This document shows positions 39,101 through 53,234 of a stretch of 64,000 bases of DNA, piece by piece. The stretch spans positions 1 to 64,000 of the forward strand of contig JAAILG010000117.1 of the NCBI GenBank assembly GCA_012026655.1. The letters run 5' to 3'. Each line of letters begins with the position of its first letter. Positions within the stretch are counted from its first letter, which is position 1. The position numbers and the translations under genes are program-made. Source of the DNA: Hydrolagus affinis (lineage: Eukaryota). The notes under the pieces are model-generated. The model saw nothing but the letters and a program-made list of their open reading frames with translations. It made no database searches and was not told the DNA's origin.

Positions 39101-42100
39101 GTATGATAAAACATCTACCGTGATTATTTAACAGGACTTCTTTCTCTATTAAACTGAACAGTGAACACGCATTCCAAAGAAACCATATCTCACATTGACT
39201 TTCTTCGTGTAGATCAGTTGGTATCATTTTCATAAAAATGCAACAAATCGTATAAGTTTATTACACCGGTAGTTGTTTCAGTATCTATATCCTGATATTG
39301 GAATGAAACACATGATTTTGCTTGAGAAACAAAAACTAATTGTTTTCCAATTGAATCGTTCCAATGCATCCTTTCAAGGCAGTTAGTTGCTCGCCTGACA
39401 ATAAAAATGTGGTCTTTGAAACAACTGCAAATTACATTCAGCTCAAAGTCCAAAATGAGAAATGCCAGAGGAAGCTTGAAGTAAATCAATTGAGAATGCA
39501 ACTCAAATTACAGATGTATGAAAAATGTCTTCCCCTCAGTTACGATTTTGTAGTGCACACATCATAGCACACTATTTCTCTCACAGGGGTTTGATATGCT
39601 AATTGGATACCACTGGGTAAACACAAATTATCTTAAGCACATCTTTCCCTTGTACTGAAAAAGATTGAAGATTATAATAGATCTCATACTGCACTGCCCC
39701 ATCCAGTAAATAGGTGTCTAAGCGAAATATGCCTGAGTACTGAGGGGAGTATAATTTTTGTTGGTCAGCTGGACATGCAGAAAACTCATCATCATGCTTA
39801 AGAGTATCTAAACCAAATAGAGTTTGATGCATCCCACCAATACATGGAAATTCCAGAGATAGATTGTTGGAATGGAATGCACATTCTCTCCTTGAAGGGT
39901 CTCGGCTTGCTTACCTGATTCCAGAAAGTATTATGCTCAGGGTGGCAAGAACCAAGACTTGGGGACCCCAGATTGTGTTTTGGGATACTGCCTGAAATCT
40001 AAACAGCTACACCCATATAGCTTGCCATCGAGACCACTGCCTGGCAAACTTTGCCTCCACTTAACTCCCTCCACCTCGCCCTCAAGCAAGATAGTTACTA
40101 GTTGGTTATTTGTCAGCTGACAAGCGTGGGTTTGAGCCCTCAATAGGTGGATGGTAGATACCAGGAACTCCCTGCGAGCTTCCTGGTGGACGATGCATCT
40201 CAGCATGAAATGCATGAGAGAATTACCACCATCTTCCTGTCCGCATCTTGGACTCCAAAACAGAATAACCTATATGTAGAGCCAATCATGACGGGAGGAG
40301 GTCCCATGGTGCTGGGGCATATGTCCCTTCCCATCGAGTGATGGTTCCACCTGTTTGAGGTGCGGATCTTAAGCAGCAGCTGCTTGATTCTCTGTAAGAC
40401 AATCATGGTCGATTTCACAAGGTGCTAGCTGTACAAATGCGTATTCAGAAACTCGGACTTCAGGTAACACTTGCCAGCAGCAGTTGCCCCCATCCTCAGA
40501 GTTTCCTCATCAGCTATCTGTCCAGTAATGGGATTACAAATTAGTTCTCCAGTAACATGACCTAGGAGTTGGAAAAGAAGGTAAGAGTATTGCCAAGAAT
40601 ATAAAGTGTGCATCAATGTGTTTGTGGAGCAGGAAGTTGTGGCTTCAGATACATTTCAAGCCTGGAAATGGAGATAGACCAAAGTGTGACCAATGGATTA
40701 TAAACCCTGGATAGAACAGTAGATTAAATGCCTGAAGGTTAAATTTCTCTGTTCAGTACTGTGTACCAGGTGCAGACTGCATTCACCTTATTCCCCTATC
40801 AGTACTATACGTTAATCAATGATTGAGCTCAAGGGAATCTCATGGTTAGGTGCTCAGTGTGCCAAAGCAGAGTGGTTGACTGATACCATCTCCATACTAC
40901 TACTTTTATTGTTATAACCTGTGGTGGTTTCGTTTGGCCACATAATGCAGTCTAACTCAGGGGTTCTTATGGAAACCCAGATATACAGAAAGAATTATAG
41001 GTGTCCTAAACTGTGCGACCATCTGTGTAATCACAGATTTTTTTTCAGCAGTTGTTAATTACACAATTAAGAGCATCTATAATTCCCATTGCACAGATGC
41101 ATTTGCACATGGTTTACCCAACTTGCAAAGTAGACCCCAACCTGTTGTTTAAATAATGTTTCCTTTAAAACCAACTGTTGCATTAAAAACAATTCTAAAC
41201 TTACCAACATGTAACTGTTTACTAAAAAAAAATTTGATCGAGGTAGAATGAACCCAGTGCCACTGATTATTGGAACTGGAGTGTCTATCAGAAGGATTTT
41301 GGTTTAACTCCCATTCATTTTGTGGAGCTAAACCTCTACCTTGCTAATCAGCAATCTGATGGAAGTCCAGTAAGTTTAGCGCCACACTTGAACATGTTGT
41401 TGCTCTATGCCTTCAGGTATCAACGGGGCAGGATTTGAATAATGTGACGTGTAACGGATTGCAATTTTCACTACGACCCCCCCCCCCCTCCTCCCCCACC
41501 ACCAGCAGCAAATCCCACACCCCAGTCATTCCATTATTTCTCAAGGATGTGGAATGAATGACTGTTATTTTTGGTTGCATATGACTCTTGCCTGATTTCA
41601 CATATTACTGTTTGGTTCCAACACTGGAACAGTGGAGTAAAAAGTGCCAAAAAAAATTTATGGTATTCCCTAATCCAATCATTGTGTTAGTTAAATCAGT
41701 AATTAATTAATCAACATAATGAGTATGTTATGCATTTCTGCAATTATTATCCCCATTTTCTGTATTTAGGCTCTTGTTTATTCCAAACCAACAATTGGTG
41801 GGAGATAAGGTATATCTTCAAGACAGGGTTGAATGCCATATCACCAGCTTAACTTCTACATCACTACATAATGTAAATAGAGATGGCATCTATAAACTGA
41901 TGTATTATTTCTATATTCCTGCCCTTTCACGTAGCACATCACTTGAAATATTAACGTTCTAAACTTTTTGGGGTACAGAGTAACCGAATGACGTAACAAA
42001 TCAGTTCATTACTAATGTCCCCTTCGATGGTGGGTGTACCAACTTCAACATGCTTCTTTGGCAATACCATATAGTGTCATGCCAGTTCACTTGCACATCA

Positions 42101-42850
42101 ATACAGTACATTGAAGAGTGAGGCACATCGATTTGTAAGAATCTTGTATTAGCACAGAATGTCCAGTATATTATGTTTAGCACAGCACAATGCTCCGGCT
42201 GAGAATAGATTTTGCAGTTCTTGTAAATTACCAATGCTAGATGTTGGAGAATTTTACTACGTGTATAGAAATATTTTTGTATTTAAAGGAGGTGTTTCCG
42301 TCTTCTTTGATGTACAAGTATTTCAGGAAGAGAATTGAGGAATAACTTGCTCCATTTTTTTATAAGTGTTATTTCACTATACTGTATTCCCACTGGCAAC
42401 ATTGTTGATATATTCTTAATGCAAATTACAATGTAATACAAAAGAATAATAAAAAAACTGCATGAAATAAAAAAAAGTGAGTTTTTAATCTTAACAAAAG
42501 GAAATTCAGATTTGATTGAAAATGCATCAAGTGATGGCCTGGTAAAATGTAATAACTAATGTGCTTATTTGACTTCCAGTATAATACAGTATTCCCCTCA
42601 GACTCCTCTTGTTAGTTGAATGCCATCAGTTGCTGGCCAGATCACTGTGCAGAACAACTTGCATTAGTGGATGTTACATTTCTTTTTTCTTTCTGATCTC
42701 TGTTGAAATTTCTATTTTACTTTTTCCGAATCCATCTTTGCTACCGAGATCCTTGTACTGTATTTATAATGAAAACAAAAGTGATATTTGTCAATGCTGA
42801 GCAATTATTTATCAAACACACAATAAAATGCAAAGAAAAATGAGGTACGG
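36194..42850 (+). other. Putative IL1RAPL2 3' UTR with several candidate poly(A) signals
   Basis: AATAAA at 36774, 38791, 42448, 42466 and 42822; TGTA-rich and U-rich blocks at about 38440-38540 and 42240-42790; no copies of the dominant SINE seen. The true end is not determinable from sequence alone. Confidence 0.4.
39940..40420 (-). mobile_element. Highly decayed RTE-clade LINE 3' fragment
   Basis: Minus-strand TILLEGEVEGVKWRQSLP..GLD resembles the RTE ORF C-terminal ILEGxVEGxRxRGRPxxxWxD motif (from memory). Confidence 0.4.
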
Positions 42851-43194
42851 TCTTTAATAAGATATGTTTGATTGCTTTCTGTAATCGGTGTAGATGCAAT
42901 TTTTTTTAAACTGTTCAGAAATTTTAGTGCTATTTCCTTTCTGATCTGTATCCTGATCTTGAGGTATGAGGATCTGAATGTGACTTTTACCACAGCCATC
43001 ATTAGTGCAGTTGCATCAGCTGAAGAGGGTATGGTTTACCCAATGGGGTAGGTAATTCTGATGCTTTCCTATCCCAAATAAAACACTCCATTCCTACTAA
43101 TAATTCTATCCAGCAGCTTGAATATTAAAGAGGTGTATATCATTTTAAATGGTTGCTGAAAAGCAGCCTAGAACAAGACTTTCAGGTAGACCGG

Positions 43195-43430
43195 GACAGC
43201 AAGCCAACAGGATATGGGTTTAAGGTTGCAAATAGCAATGTCAGGGGTGACATCATGAAATATTTCTTTACTCAGAAGATAATTAGTGGCTGGAAGAGTG
43301 CAGCGGGAAGTAAAGTTGAGGCCAGGATATTGGACTCATTTAAAAAGACAGCTTGAGAAGACTAGGTCGGATATTCTGGAAGGATGAGATCAAATGGACC
43401 AAAGGGCCAACTTCATTGAATGTATCTTGT
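43195..43430 (+). mobile_element. CR1 LINE 3' end fragment
   Basis: KYFFTQKIISGW..VEARILDSFKK resembles CR1 FFTQRVVxxWNxLP..FKxxLD. Confidence 0.6.
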
Positions 43431-45699
43431 GAATAGCTATGTTTCTAAATAAATAGTATTCAAAGCTGCCAATCTTGTGCACATCTTCCAAACTGGGTAA
43501 CTAGCGCTTGGTTCTACCATTTCTATTTTTAACGTGTTAGACAGATTCTAACTGAGAAGGCCATTACCAAATGTATATGTGGTCTCATTCAAATGCAAAT
43601 GAGTCATCACTGCTTTCAATGCAATAAGATGATTTACCACTACATTTTTACCCATCAGTGTGTAATCCAAAATGTGGCTTAAGTGAAAGATAACATAGTT
43701 AGAATCAACTCTGAACACAATAAAAAGGATTAATGAGCTGTATCTGTGCCTGATGATAGAAAGGTATTACACCAAATTCTCAGGATCAATAGGACTTATG
43801 GACCACAGGCTGACAAGCAGGATTTTATTTTACACAGAAAATTCTTAGGATATGATATAGCAAATCTTTAGGCTGCTAGACAAATTGGGGATAACTTTTA
43901 AAACCCATGATACTGTATACAAAAATACCATTAAAAAAAAACCTCAAAATATTTGTAAACATTCAATAATATGAATGTTTAATGACTATGAATAACATGA
44001 ATTCAATAATCATTGAATGATTGAATGACAAACTTTCCATAATATGCTGATCAAGTTCTGTTCCAAGACGTTACATATTGTTTTAAAACCTAAATCAAGT
44101 TGTATAAAACCCAAATTAGGTTAGAAAATAATTGCATTGCAATATTTCAAATCAAATTGTGACTATCCCTGAAATCCTGTACACAAGCTTTGTGAATATT
44201 GCATACAAAAATATGTGAGGGTATAAATAATTTAGGTTGTGTATATATCCTGTGTATTGTTGATGCATAATATATTACATGCCTGTCCTGTCAACTAGTA
44301 GTCATGGTAAATTTTAACTCTTTGAAGACTGTACTGGCTTGTCCGCACCAACAATGAACAGCATTAATACAATTTACTACAAGGAAATATATATTAAAAT
44401 CAAGGTGGGTGTCACAAACCCTGTCTCCTGGGTATGGATGAGTCTCACCTGACTGCCTTGCTCCACTCAGACATCTGTGCTGATGATATTAACACTACAG
44501 GATTGAATGCTTTCTCACAGAGTGGTTGCAGTTCCAGTCTGATTCCGAGACTGTTGTAATTAAGGAGACTGATTTGGTCGGTGTTTTTCCACCGGATTTT
44601 TAATTAGCAGAGTCCATAGATAATCTCAGAGATGGTAGATTTCACAATGCGAAGTGTCTTTCCTATAGAAGCTCGAACAGAAAAGAATAACCTTTGCAGG
44701 CGGTAGCAATGATACCTTCACTCTTTAACTATCACAGTGCGTGGTGTGGGGTGGGTGGGGTAGGGGGAGAAGAGCACTGTATCCATTATCCATGTCCCAA
44801 TTGAATACAAGGGATACAAGTTTTAAGGGTAGCTTTCTTGATCATGATATTTATTTCTGTTGCAATCTCCTTCACCCCAATTTCTATCACCAAGGTGACT
44901 GATTCCATGTTACTCCCATCAGGCTACCATTGCAAGTGTACTTTGACTCTTGGGCTAGATTACTTACTGTAACTGCAGTAACAAGTCAAACTTTTTTTTA
45001 AGTTAAAGAACAATTGACCTACATCAATCTCGGAAACTAAATCCACATTCGGCTTTCGCCAGCTGATGATTGTGCACTGAAGTTTGGGATCTTCTGAGCG
45101 GCAATCGTAACATTAATCCAGTGTTTAGATTTAAATGCATCCTAGATGGCTGGCATGCAAGTTGCGATTCACCCATTTCGAACCAGAGAGAAAGTTCCTT
45201 CTTCTTACCACATCTTGCGCTCTAGTGTGAAACTGACATTAATCAAGCTGTCGCCTCCCTTCAAAATATTTAAACTGTAGCTACTTTTTTCACAGTATCA
45301 CGCTCCCGGCTGCAGAGTTATTACATGCCCGATGCGATCTCCAAAGGGAAAGTTGAGCAGCACAACCACTTAATCAAACCTTTCTGCTTTTCATGATTAT
45401 TGACAGCTTAACCTCGGTAGATGGTGCATGTGTGTCGTGTGCGGAGGAGAGGGAGGGGGGGAGGAGGGGAAATAACAGTTAGGAAGAGATGCCACATTTA
45501 TAAAGATTAAATACTGTGACTCTCTTGATAATTATTATGTGGTATCAAACTGTATGTGCCAAAATTATGGGGCCTTCGTGAAATAGGATACATTAGTTAA
45601 CAATACTGTACTTGATACATACATAGAGTCAAGTCTGCATACAGTTCAATGCTATTTGATATTTGATGACAACAACAAAATTACATTTGCACAGAAAAA

Positions 45700-45892
45700 A
45701 AAGCAATAAATTGGTCATTTACATCTACGACTGTTTGTGGGTCACTGCTATGTGCAGTTGGCTGCTTCCAGCGTTTCGCCCACATATATACAGTCAATTC
45801 ACTTTACAGTATATTCTGTGAAGTGCTTTGAGACGTCTGGAAGACATGAAAAGCGCTATATCAAATGCAAGGATTATTATTATTATTATTAA
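45700..45892 (+). mobile_element. tRNA-derived SINE, 3' half
   Basis: Family body and (ATT)n tail. Confidence 0.85.
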
Positions 45893-48800
45893 TTACCTCA
45901 TTGCTGGACAAGGAATTGCAGACAATGTAAGCATGTTACTATTGTTGCCTGGGTAAAAAAGCTATTCAACAAAACCACTTGTTGGAGAAACCTGAGACAT
46001 CATTTATGTTTCATCATACAAGTGATACAATTATGTATTTCAGATCATTCATTTCTTTTGTGTGGTACTTTTGAATTCCATTTTTGTGAAGACTATATAC
46101 CATTTAAAGCCTCCACTTTTGTCATCTGAAATATGCTGTCTCATAATGGATTCAATGGAAGAATAGTGTCAGAATAACATGTTATGGATCATTGCATTTT
46201 TCTCCCCTCAATGGTGACCAGATATCAACAAAGAACAAGAAAGCTAAAGCACAAATATATTAAGAGGAAATTAAATCCTGCAATTTTACAGTGTATTTAA
46301 AGGAAGGCTACACTGCTGCTCATAACTGTGCCTCTCACTAAAAAAGGGATGCATTTGATCCAAACTCCACTGCTTTTTACAGCTCATTAATATAACTCAT
46401 ACAGCAATAAGGGTGGTATTTTGATGATACTCCTTTCTAATGTTAAATATTGTGCTGGTGCTGTCTCTAATAATGTCCCTATTATTAGTAAGGGTCATCA
46501 TGTCAAGGACTGCTTAGATTGTGGAGGATGTTCTAAATCAAGTCACTGGACAGACTGTAGTTTAATGCTTAATTTTATCGTGTTAAATTATTCACTGGTG
46601 GCCACAATTGATTGCTGGGCTTAACATCTCAGTTCTGCTAAAGTATTAAATATATTTCCAGTGCTATTGCAAAACAGTTTGAGGTTGTTTGATTTTAATC
46701 CCTGCTGGTTACAATTAGATGAATAGTCAACAGATTCAATAATTATTTTTTGAAATGTTTTAAACCACAGTTTACAACAAACGAACCACAAAGCAACGTA
46801 GACTGAATCTATAATTGGTCATGTTAAAACTAATTACCTCCAATTGTTACTTATCACGAGTCAGTGGTATGCATCTTGAATGAGTGTAATACTGTACTAT
46901 ATATTACTTGCTTTCAGATTACATCTTTTTAAAAATAGAACCCCAAAAATTGTGCGAATAAAATAATTGCCAACTTTTAGCAAAATAGGCAGGTCTTGAC
47001 TTGATTGACTGGAAATATATCTTCAAACCTTCAAACCTTAGATGTGATAGGAAAAGCTATGAATGTCCCTTTATTAAACATAAGATATACATCCCTGGGT
47101 CATCAGTTCTCTTGCAAAGTTCAATGGCCTAAAGCGATGAATTCCTGCATCAATACCACATTAAACCATTTATTGAAAACTGTCAGGCAGATCAAAGTTC
47201 CATCATTATAAATTTAAGAACGGAAAGTAAATAGTTTCAAAGGAAAACAATGGCATGTTTCAATCTATTCTAGAATACAGTGAATTCAAATCAGGAAAGT
47301 TCGGTCACATTCATATAAAATTCCAATAACTGACCCCATAAGCAGTTTGTGAAACCCACTTGAAAGGTGTCATATAAATGTAAATTGTTGTTGTTTTTGC
47401 TATTTATTCAAATATCAGAATAGTGTACACACTTTAGCACAAAACAAATCTTAGACTAAATCTGTTCTTTCACCCTGGTCCCCTGGGCAATAAACAATTC
47501 CAATAATTCGCATGCAACCACAGAACACTAACTACTGTACTTAGCTTATCTTGTAGTTTCTATCAAAAGCTTAATCTTGTATTTCTATCCTGTTTTCCTC
47601 ATCATTGGATTTTTAAAAAATATCTTTACATTTGAAAACGCACATTGTGTCAATAATTATTGACTCATCAATTTCATAATTTCCACTAAAACTCAAGACA
47701 AATTATGAAAGTCTTCAATACCAAAAATGTACCACATGTCAAGTGATATTCTAATCAGTCTAAGGCTACTTAATATTTCCTATATGCAAGCAGACATACC
47801 AACTATCCCTAGGCCTATGTCAATACACACTAGTAAAAGTATTAGTTAAATTGCCCTTTAACTTTCTCAGTTCCTCGAGAGAAGCTTTATTTCAGCTCAG
47901 CTAGTCCCTTGATGGCTTTGGCCGAGGATGAGAATATAGTTGATCTTGTATGAGGTCAATTCAATTTTAGGCTTCAATTCAAATTTAGCTCCCAATTCAT
48001 GTTGAGTAAATGTATATAGATTTACTGTCTAAATGTTCCAAGGAGCAGTATAAATGTGGATTCAAATGCCACCTTGCCTTAGCATCTGCTCTCATTCTAT
48101 TTTGAAAACTGATTCACGTTGGATTCTTCTTTGTGAAGTGAAATGTGTCTTTGAAGCCCTGGTATCTGAGGACATGAGATTAGATGTGTCACCTGGAAGA
48201 ACTTGATATGGCATCAGACACCATAACACATGATACTCATCTGATTAGGTCCTGCTTTGTGCAGAAAACGAGATCCCCAAATAAGAAAAAACAATTGAAC
48301 TGCAATGCTTTATTCAGATAAAAGCCATTTCACTCATCCTTCGTAAACCAAACCTCTGATAACCAAACCATAGTATGGATTTCTATAAAGAGAAGCTTGT
48401 CAAGTGAGTATGCCCTTTATGCTTACAGATCTCTCAAGTTTAGATGAAACGTGACATGGAAGTGTATTATATTTGGGTGGCAGTAAGGCTGCTTTACGTG
48501 GGTTGTGAATGAAATGAAGAAAATTGAAGCTCAATGCAGTCATCAAATGAGGTTTGTCTAAGAGTACCAATATGTGCCAAAGTACGGCTCCATTGCCATT
48601 AATAAAATGGAAACGTTTGAAGAGCATGAAAAGCGATGATGTCTGTTGCAGACAATCCCGTATTTGAGTGTTTACCTGAACATAGCAAACTCAGTGTGCA
48701 AAGTCATGATCTAATTCTTTTTAATTTCTATCATTAGTCAGGAATAGCAGAAGGAGCTGTTATGAAAGAGCTATTAAAGAAAGAAAATTATTAAAAAATA

Positions 48801-49506
48801 CGGTAATGATTAACATTTGGGGAATTGAATGACTTCTCTGCCTGTTTCTGTCACATTATACCTTTCTCCTTTGAAGGTGGGAGATAGTTTGTTCTTTGAT
48901 ACTTCGACTACGGTACGCTTTACGTCGGCGTTTGTCACTTGAAAGACTGGATCTCAGCTAACATGCATCAAGTCACATGGTGAGGTAATTAAAGAACAGA
49001 AACTGACTTGATTACGTTTGCAATGCAGCTATGGCAGAAACGTCAGTTATAAATGAACATCTCTTTGAAACATCTTCTCACAGATTTCTGCACAGTTGGG
49101 TGGCGGAGCACACTGACGTATTAACACTGTGAACTGAAGTGATAGGATTCAACTTCTTGGCTCTTGTTCCCACCACCTGGGTGAGTTTTCTGCTCCTAGC
49201 CGGGCATTTGCCAACCGGGGAGGTAACAAGCGCACTTAAGGCGTCTCCCACTAAGACAATGTCAAGTTGAAGCAGGCCATTCTCGTTGCATCCAAACAGC
49301 TGCTTACCAAGTGGTATTGACAAGAAACATAGATCCAAATGAACTGCCCTCCTGTCCAGATGGTGAGTGCTAGGAAGGGACTTGAAAAGGAAAAAATAAA
49401 TCTTTCCCAGTGTGTGGATAAGTGCAGTCATCCGCGTCCTGTCAAGCTGTGAGGATCACTATCAGATATATTCACCCACAGAATCTTTTGCCTGGTTTAA
49501 AAAATT

Positions 49507-50687
49507 CTAATTAACTGAAAAGTCTATATTGGTTAGCTGATCTCAGCCAGGGCAGAACATAAAAGGGACTGTGAGATCTCCGTGCCCTGGATGAAGAAGA
49601 TAAATAAGGTCATCGATTAACTTGGTTGTATTTGTGATTTATGATGTGAACATATCAATAAATACTGTCTGGGCCTTTAACGAGCTGCTACTTAGCCGAT
49701 CAAGCTTTTCTGAAAGTTTCTCTCACCTTCAAAAAAAGGAGGGTGGTTACATGTCAGGAGGACAAAGCTTGAAGAGATAAGTTAGATCCAATGAACGAAA
49801 GGTACAAAATAAAACAAAGGAGCATGAGGATGGTAAAATAAAATTGTATTTAGAGTATTTATTTATGGAGTTTGGTGTTGATAGTAAAATAACAAAGTTG
49901 CTCCCCACAGCTAAGCAGTTAATGAACTCAGAGACAGCCAGGTCCAGGGAGACTGAGATGTTGCTGTCCCTGCTAGCAATCTAAAGGTTAAAATGGGGTA
50001 GAAAACATGAAATAAACTTACACACGCTGGCTTTGCTTTTCCCTGTCAAAATTCCTCCCTTCTGTCCTGAAGGCACATGCTCACCAATGCTGAGACCCAG
50101 CTGCCCTCCAGAGGCTCCACCAAGTTGTTGTTTTTCACGTGTGAATCCAGGCAGTGAGTGCTGGCCAACTACTCAATTCAACAAGGTCATCATAGCCAAG
50201 TATGATCTTGTCTTCACCAGCAACTGCACATACACAGTTTACAACTGGGGAGGTGAAGAGAAATAATAATAATCCTTACATTTGATGTAGCACTTTTCAA
50301 CTCGACATCTCAAAGCGCTTCACAGAATATACTGTATTGACTGTGGGTGAAACGCAGCTGCGAATTGCACACAGCAATATCCCACAAACAGTCGTGGATT
50401 GAAATGACCAATCTATTATTGTTTTTTTCGAGGGATTATTATCAGGCGTGTGGAGTAAGGAAACTTGTCCAGGGTTTTCCCCTGCTGGGAATCGAACCCG
50501 GGTCTCTCGATTGCAATGTGAGTGTTCTAACCACTGAGGCAAAGTGGGTATGAGTGTGCGGGGAGTGGGTACTGGATATTGATGCCTTATTTATCTTCTT
50601 AATCCAGGGCACTGAGACCTCACGGTCCCTTTCATGTTCTGCCCTGGCTGAGATTCGCTAACCAATATAGACTTTTCAGTTAATTAG
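49507..50687. repeat. 103-bp inverted repeat pair (49507-49609 and 50585-50687)
   Basis: Manual alignment gives 96/103 identity in reverse complement, no gaps. Confidence 0.9.
50263..50541 (-). mobile_element. Near full-length tRNA-derived SINE
   Basis: B-box ggttcgattccc on the minus strand, body and tail. Confidence 0.88.
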
Positions 50688-51664
50688 TATATATTATCCA
50701 AAACTCTTTTTTGCTTATGTTAATTGCTTTTTTTAAACATAAACCTGGGATGTCCTCCCGACATGAAAGGCACTATATAAATGCAATTTGTTGCTGTTTA
50801 CCATAGAAAACGCCTCATCCACAGGACTCTGTCGGGTTGGGTGCGTTGCTCGAGCAGCTGATAAGTTGAACAGGTCCCACTTGTATGACTTCTCTTTGGT
50901 TGACAATTCACCTTTCTGCTTACATTCACTGACAAGATGAGCTTGTGCCAAGAATAATGGCAACTGAAACATGAAATGAATATTCCATAAATTTTACTCC
51001 AATGACAAGAAAAAGAAATATGCAAACTGTGAGTGCCCTTGTCAAGAAAAATCAGACAAGCTATAAACGCACATTTCATAGTCTTTCTCAATACTTTTGC
51101 ATTTTTTGTTGACCAAAATAATAGTGATTAGATGATGAGTGGGCAGGTGTTGCTTAAGACATTTACAAGGGTAACTTTTGGTTCACATCACAAAGTGGAT
51201 GTGAAGCTGATAAAAAATTCCTACAGCTATTCAGTAGGACCTCAATCTGGTTCAATCCTTAACTGGAATGAAAGCGAACAGCTGCAGTTATTTTACCAGG
51301 CAGCTTCCATTCCAAGCTTGAATGCCTTTGTCCTGTGTCTTCCTCGGTGGAGTGAATCAGGATCTATTGCAGGTATCACCGCGCAAACCTTTTGCCACTG
51401 AAGCATCTTGGAATCTGTACCCAATCAACTTGAAAGGATATATAGGCTATATAAAGGTTTATATGAGACAGCAATGTTAGGTTGAATGATTGTAAGAATT
51501 GTGTGAATCTGGATGGCCATCGCTATATTCTACCGGGCACTAAAGACCCTTGTGGAGCAAGGTTTAGTACAGGGAAGAAAAATGTGTTAAACCTGAAGGA
51601 GAGAATGGCAGAACACTGGTGATAGAAAAATTGTTCCCGCAGTACATACTGCAGAAGAAGCAGA

Positions 51665-51890
51665 CAAAGATTTAGAGTTGCAAAGGGCAATTTAAAGACA
51701 GACACCAGGAAGCTTTTCTATGCCCTGAGGGTAATTTATGACTGGAACAAGTTGTGAGGAAAGGTAGTTGAAGCCAAGACAATGGACTAATTTAATGGGA
51801 TATGAGCGGAGGACAGCATGGCTGGATAATCTGGAAGTATGAGATCAGATTGTCCGTAGGGCTTTCTTCATCCAAGCTCATATTGTGATC
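51665..51890 (+). mobile_element. CR1 LINE 3' end fragment
   Basis: Same decayed 3' end family as 43195-43430. Confidence 0.5.
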
Positions 51891-52469
51891 CTGTGAGGCA
51901 TTTTATCAGTCAGCGAAAAGTTGTTGCCCCTCTTTTGTCTCACAAAAACGTGGAATCAGAATGTCACCATAATCTACACTTAACATGGTCGCGAAGTGCA
52001 TTGTGGCTTTAGGTTCTGACAGAAAGCTGAGCTACAAGCACATTTGTTGCTGTGTAACTGGTAGTTTGTCTGTGTACAACCACCTGATGTGCACGAAAAT
52101 TGGAAACTGCTGTCACCACATGCTACATTGCGGCGGTTCAATCATTACTCCCTCAATTTCTGGGTCTAATGAATCAAACTCGGTTGTATAAGCAAACACC
52201 AGATGTCCAATAAATACTTATATTTGTATCCAGTTTTATTAAAAGTAAAACTGAAACCAGATAACTTCAGCTTCTCGTTTATGGCCTAGTGCCTCACTCA
52301 AAATGTTTCCAACTTCTCAGTAACCTCTTTGGCTTCCTGGTTCTGTTTATTTTTCAAAAGGTTTTTCAACCAGTAACATCCTGGATCAACTTCATTCCTC
52401 CTGATCATCTCCGGCAACCTCACCTCTTGCACCACCTTCTGATGCGAGCAACAATACCAAAGATAAAGA

Positions 52470-52630
52470 AAACTTTTTTGGGGACGTGTGACCACGGCTC
52501 CGCTGTGCGCAATTGACTGCCGTGTTTCACCCACAGAATACACGGTCAACTCACGTTACAGTGATATTCTGCGAAGCACTTTGAGACGTCTCAAAAGGTG
52601 TGATAAGGTGCTATATCAAATGCAAGGAAA
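52470..52630 (+). mobile_element. tRNA-derived SINE, 3' fragment
   Basis: gctgtgcgcaattg..tatcaaatgcaagg. Confidence 0.75.
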
Positions 52631-53139
52631 ATTTAATGCTGCAGGCTGAAGGGCTGGATAATGTGGAGGTGTCACTACAGAATAGCATCTGTCTGCCATT
52701 TGCTACAATGAGCGTTCATTGTGAATTGGACTAGTGAGGCCTAGGCTAGTGATTCACACAAAGTGAATGAAAATAATGTCCAGATAAGGCAGGTGGTAAA
52801 GACCGCTGTCTTTTCCAAGACAGGAATTTTAGCTCAGTGTCGACTTTCTATAAGGGAATAGGCCTTATGCACACAGAGTAAGGGAGGAGGTGAAGTGGTG
52901 ATGTACTAGATTAACCTTCTGTTAAAAAAGATAATTCTTTAAGGTGATCACTGGGCTCTCGTTAACTGAATGTTGACCTGTATGTGTACTGGTCAGCAAG
53001 GCGTGAAGAAAAGTTTCCCACTTTTCCTTTCTTTTTAAAAAAAAAGGAATCAGAGTCTCTAGGTGCAATTCTAAAGTGTATCCTTCTAGCTACGGATCAA
53101 CTGACTGATAAATTTTCAGATCAACTAGTCCAGGAAAAT

Positions 53140-53234
53140 ATAATAATAATAATTCTTGCATTTGTTGTGGCGCTTTTCACGTCCTCTGGACGTCTCAAAG
53201 CACTTCACAGAATATACTGTAAAGTAAATTGACT
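53140..53234 (-). mobile_element. tRNA-derived SINE, 3' fragment
   Basis: Reverse complement of the family tail. Confidence 0.75.

Noticed and set aside
49078-49431. 117-aa minus ORF with NENG and IVLVGD resembling a LINE endonuclease
   Set aside because: Motifs are in the wrong order and similarity is too weak.
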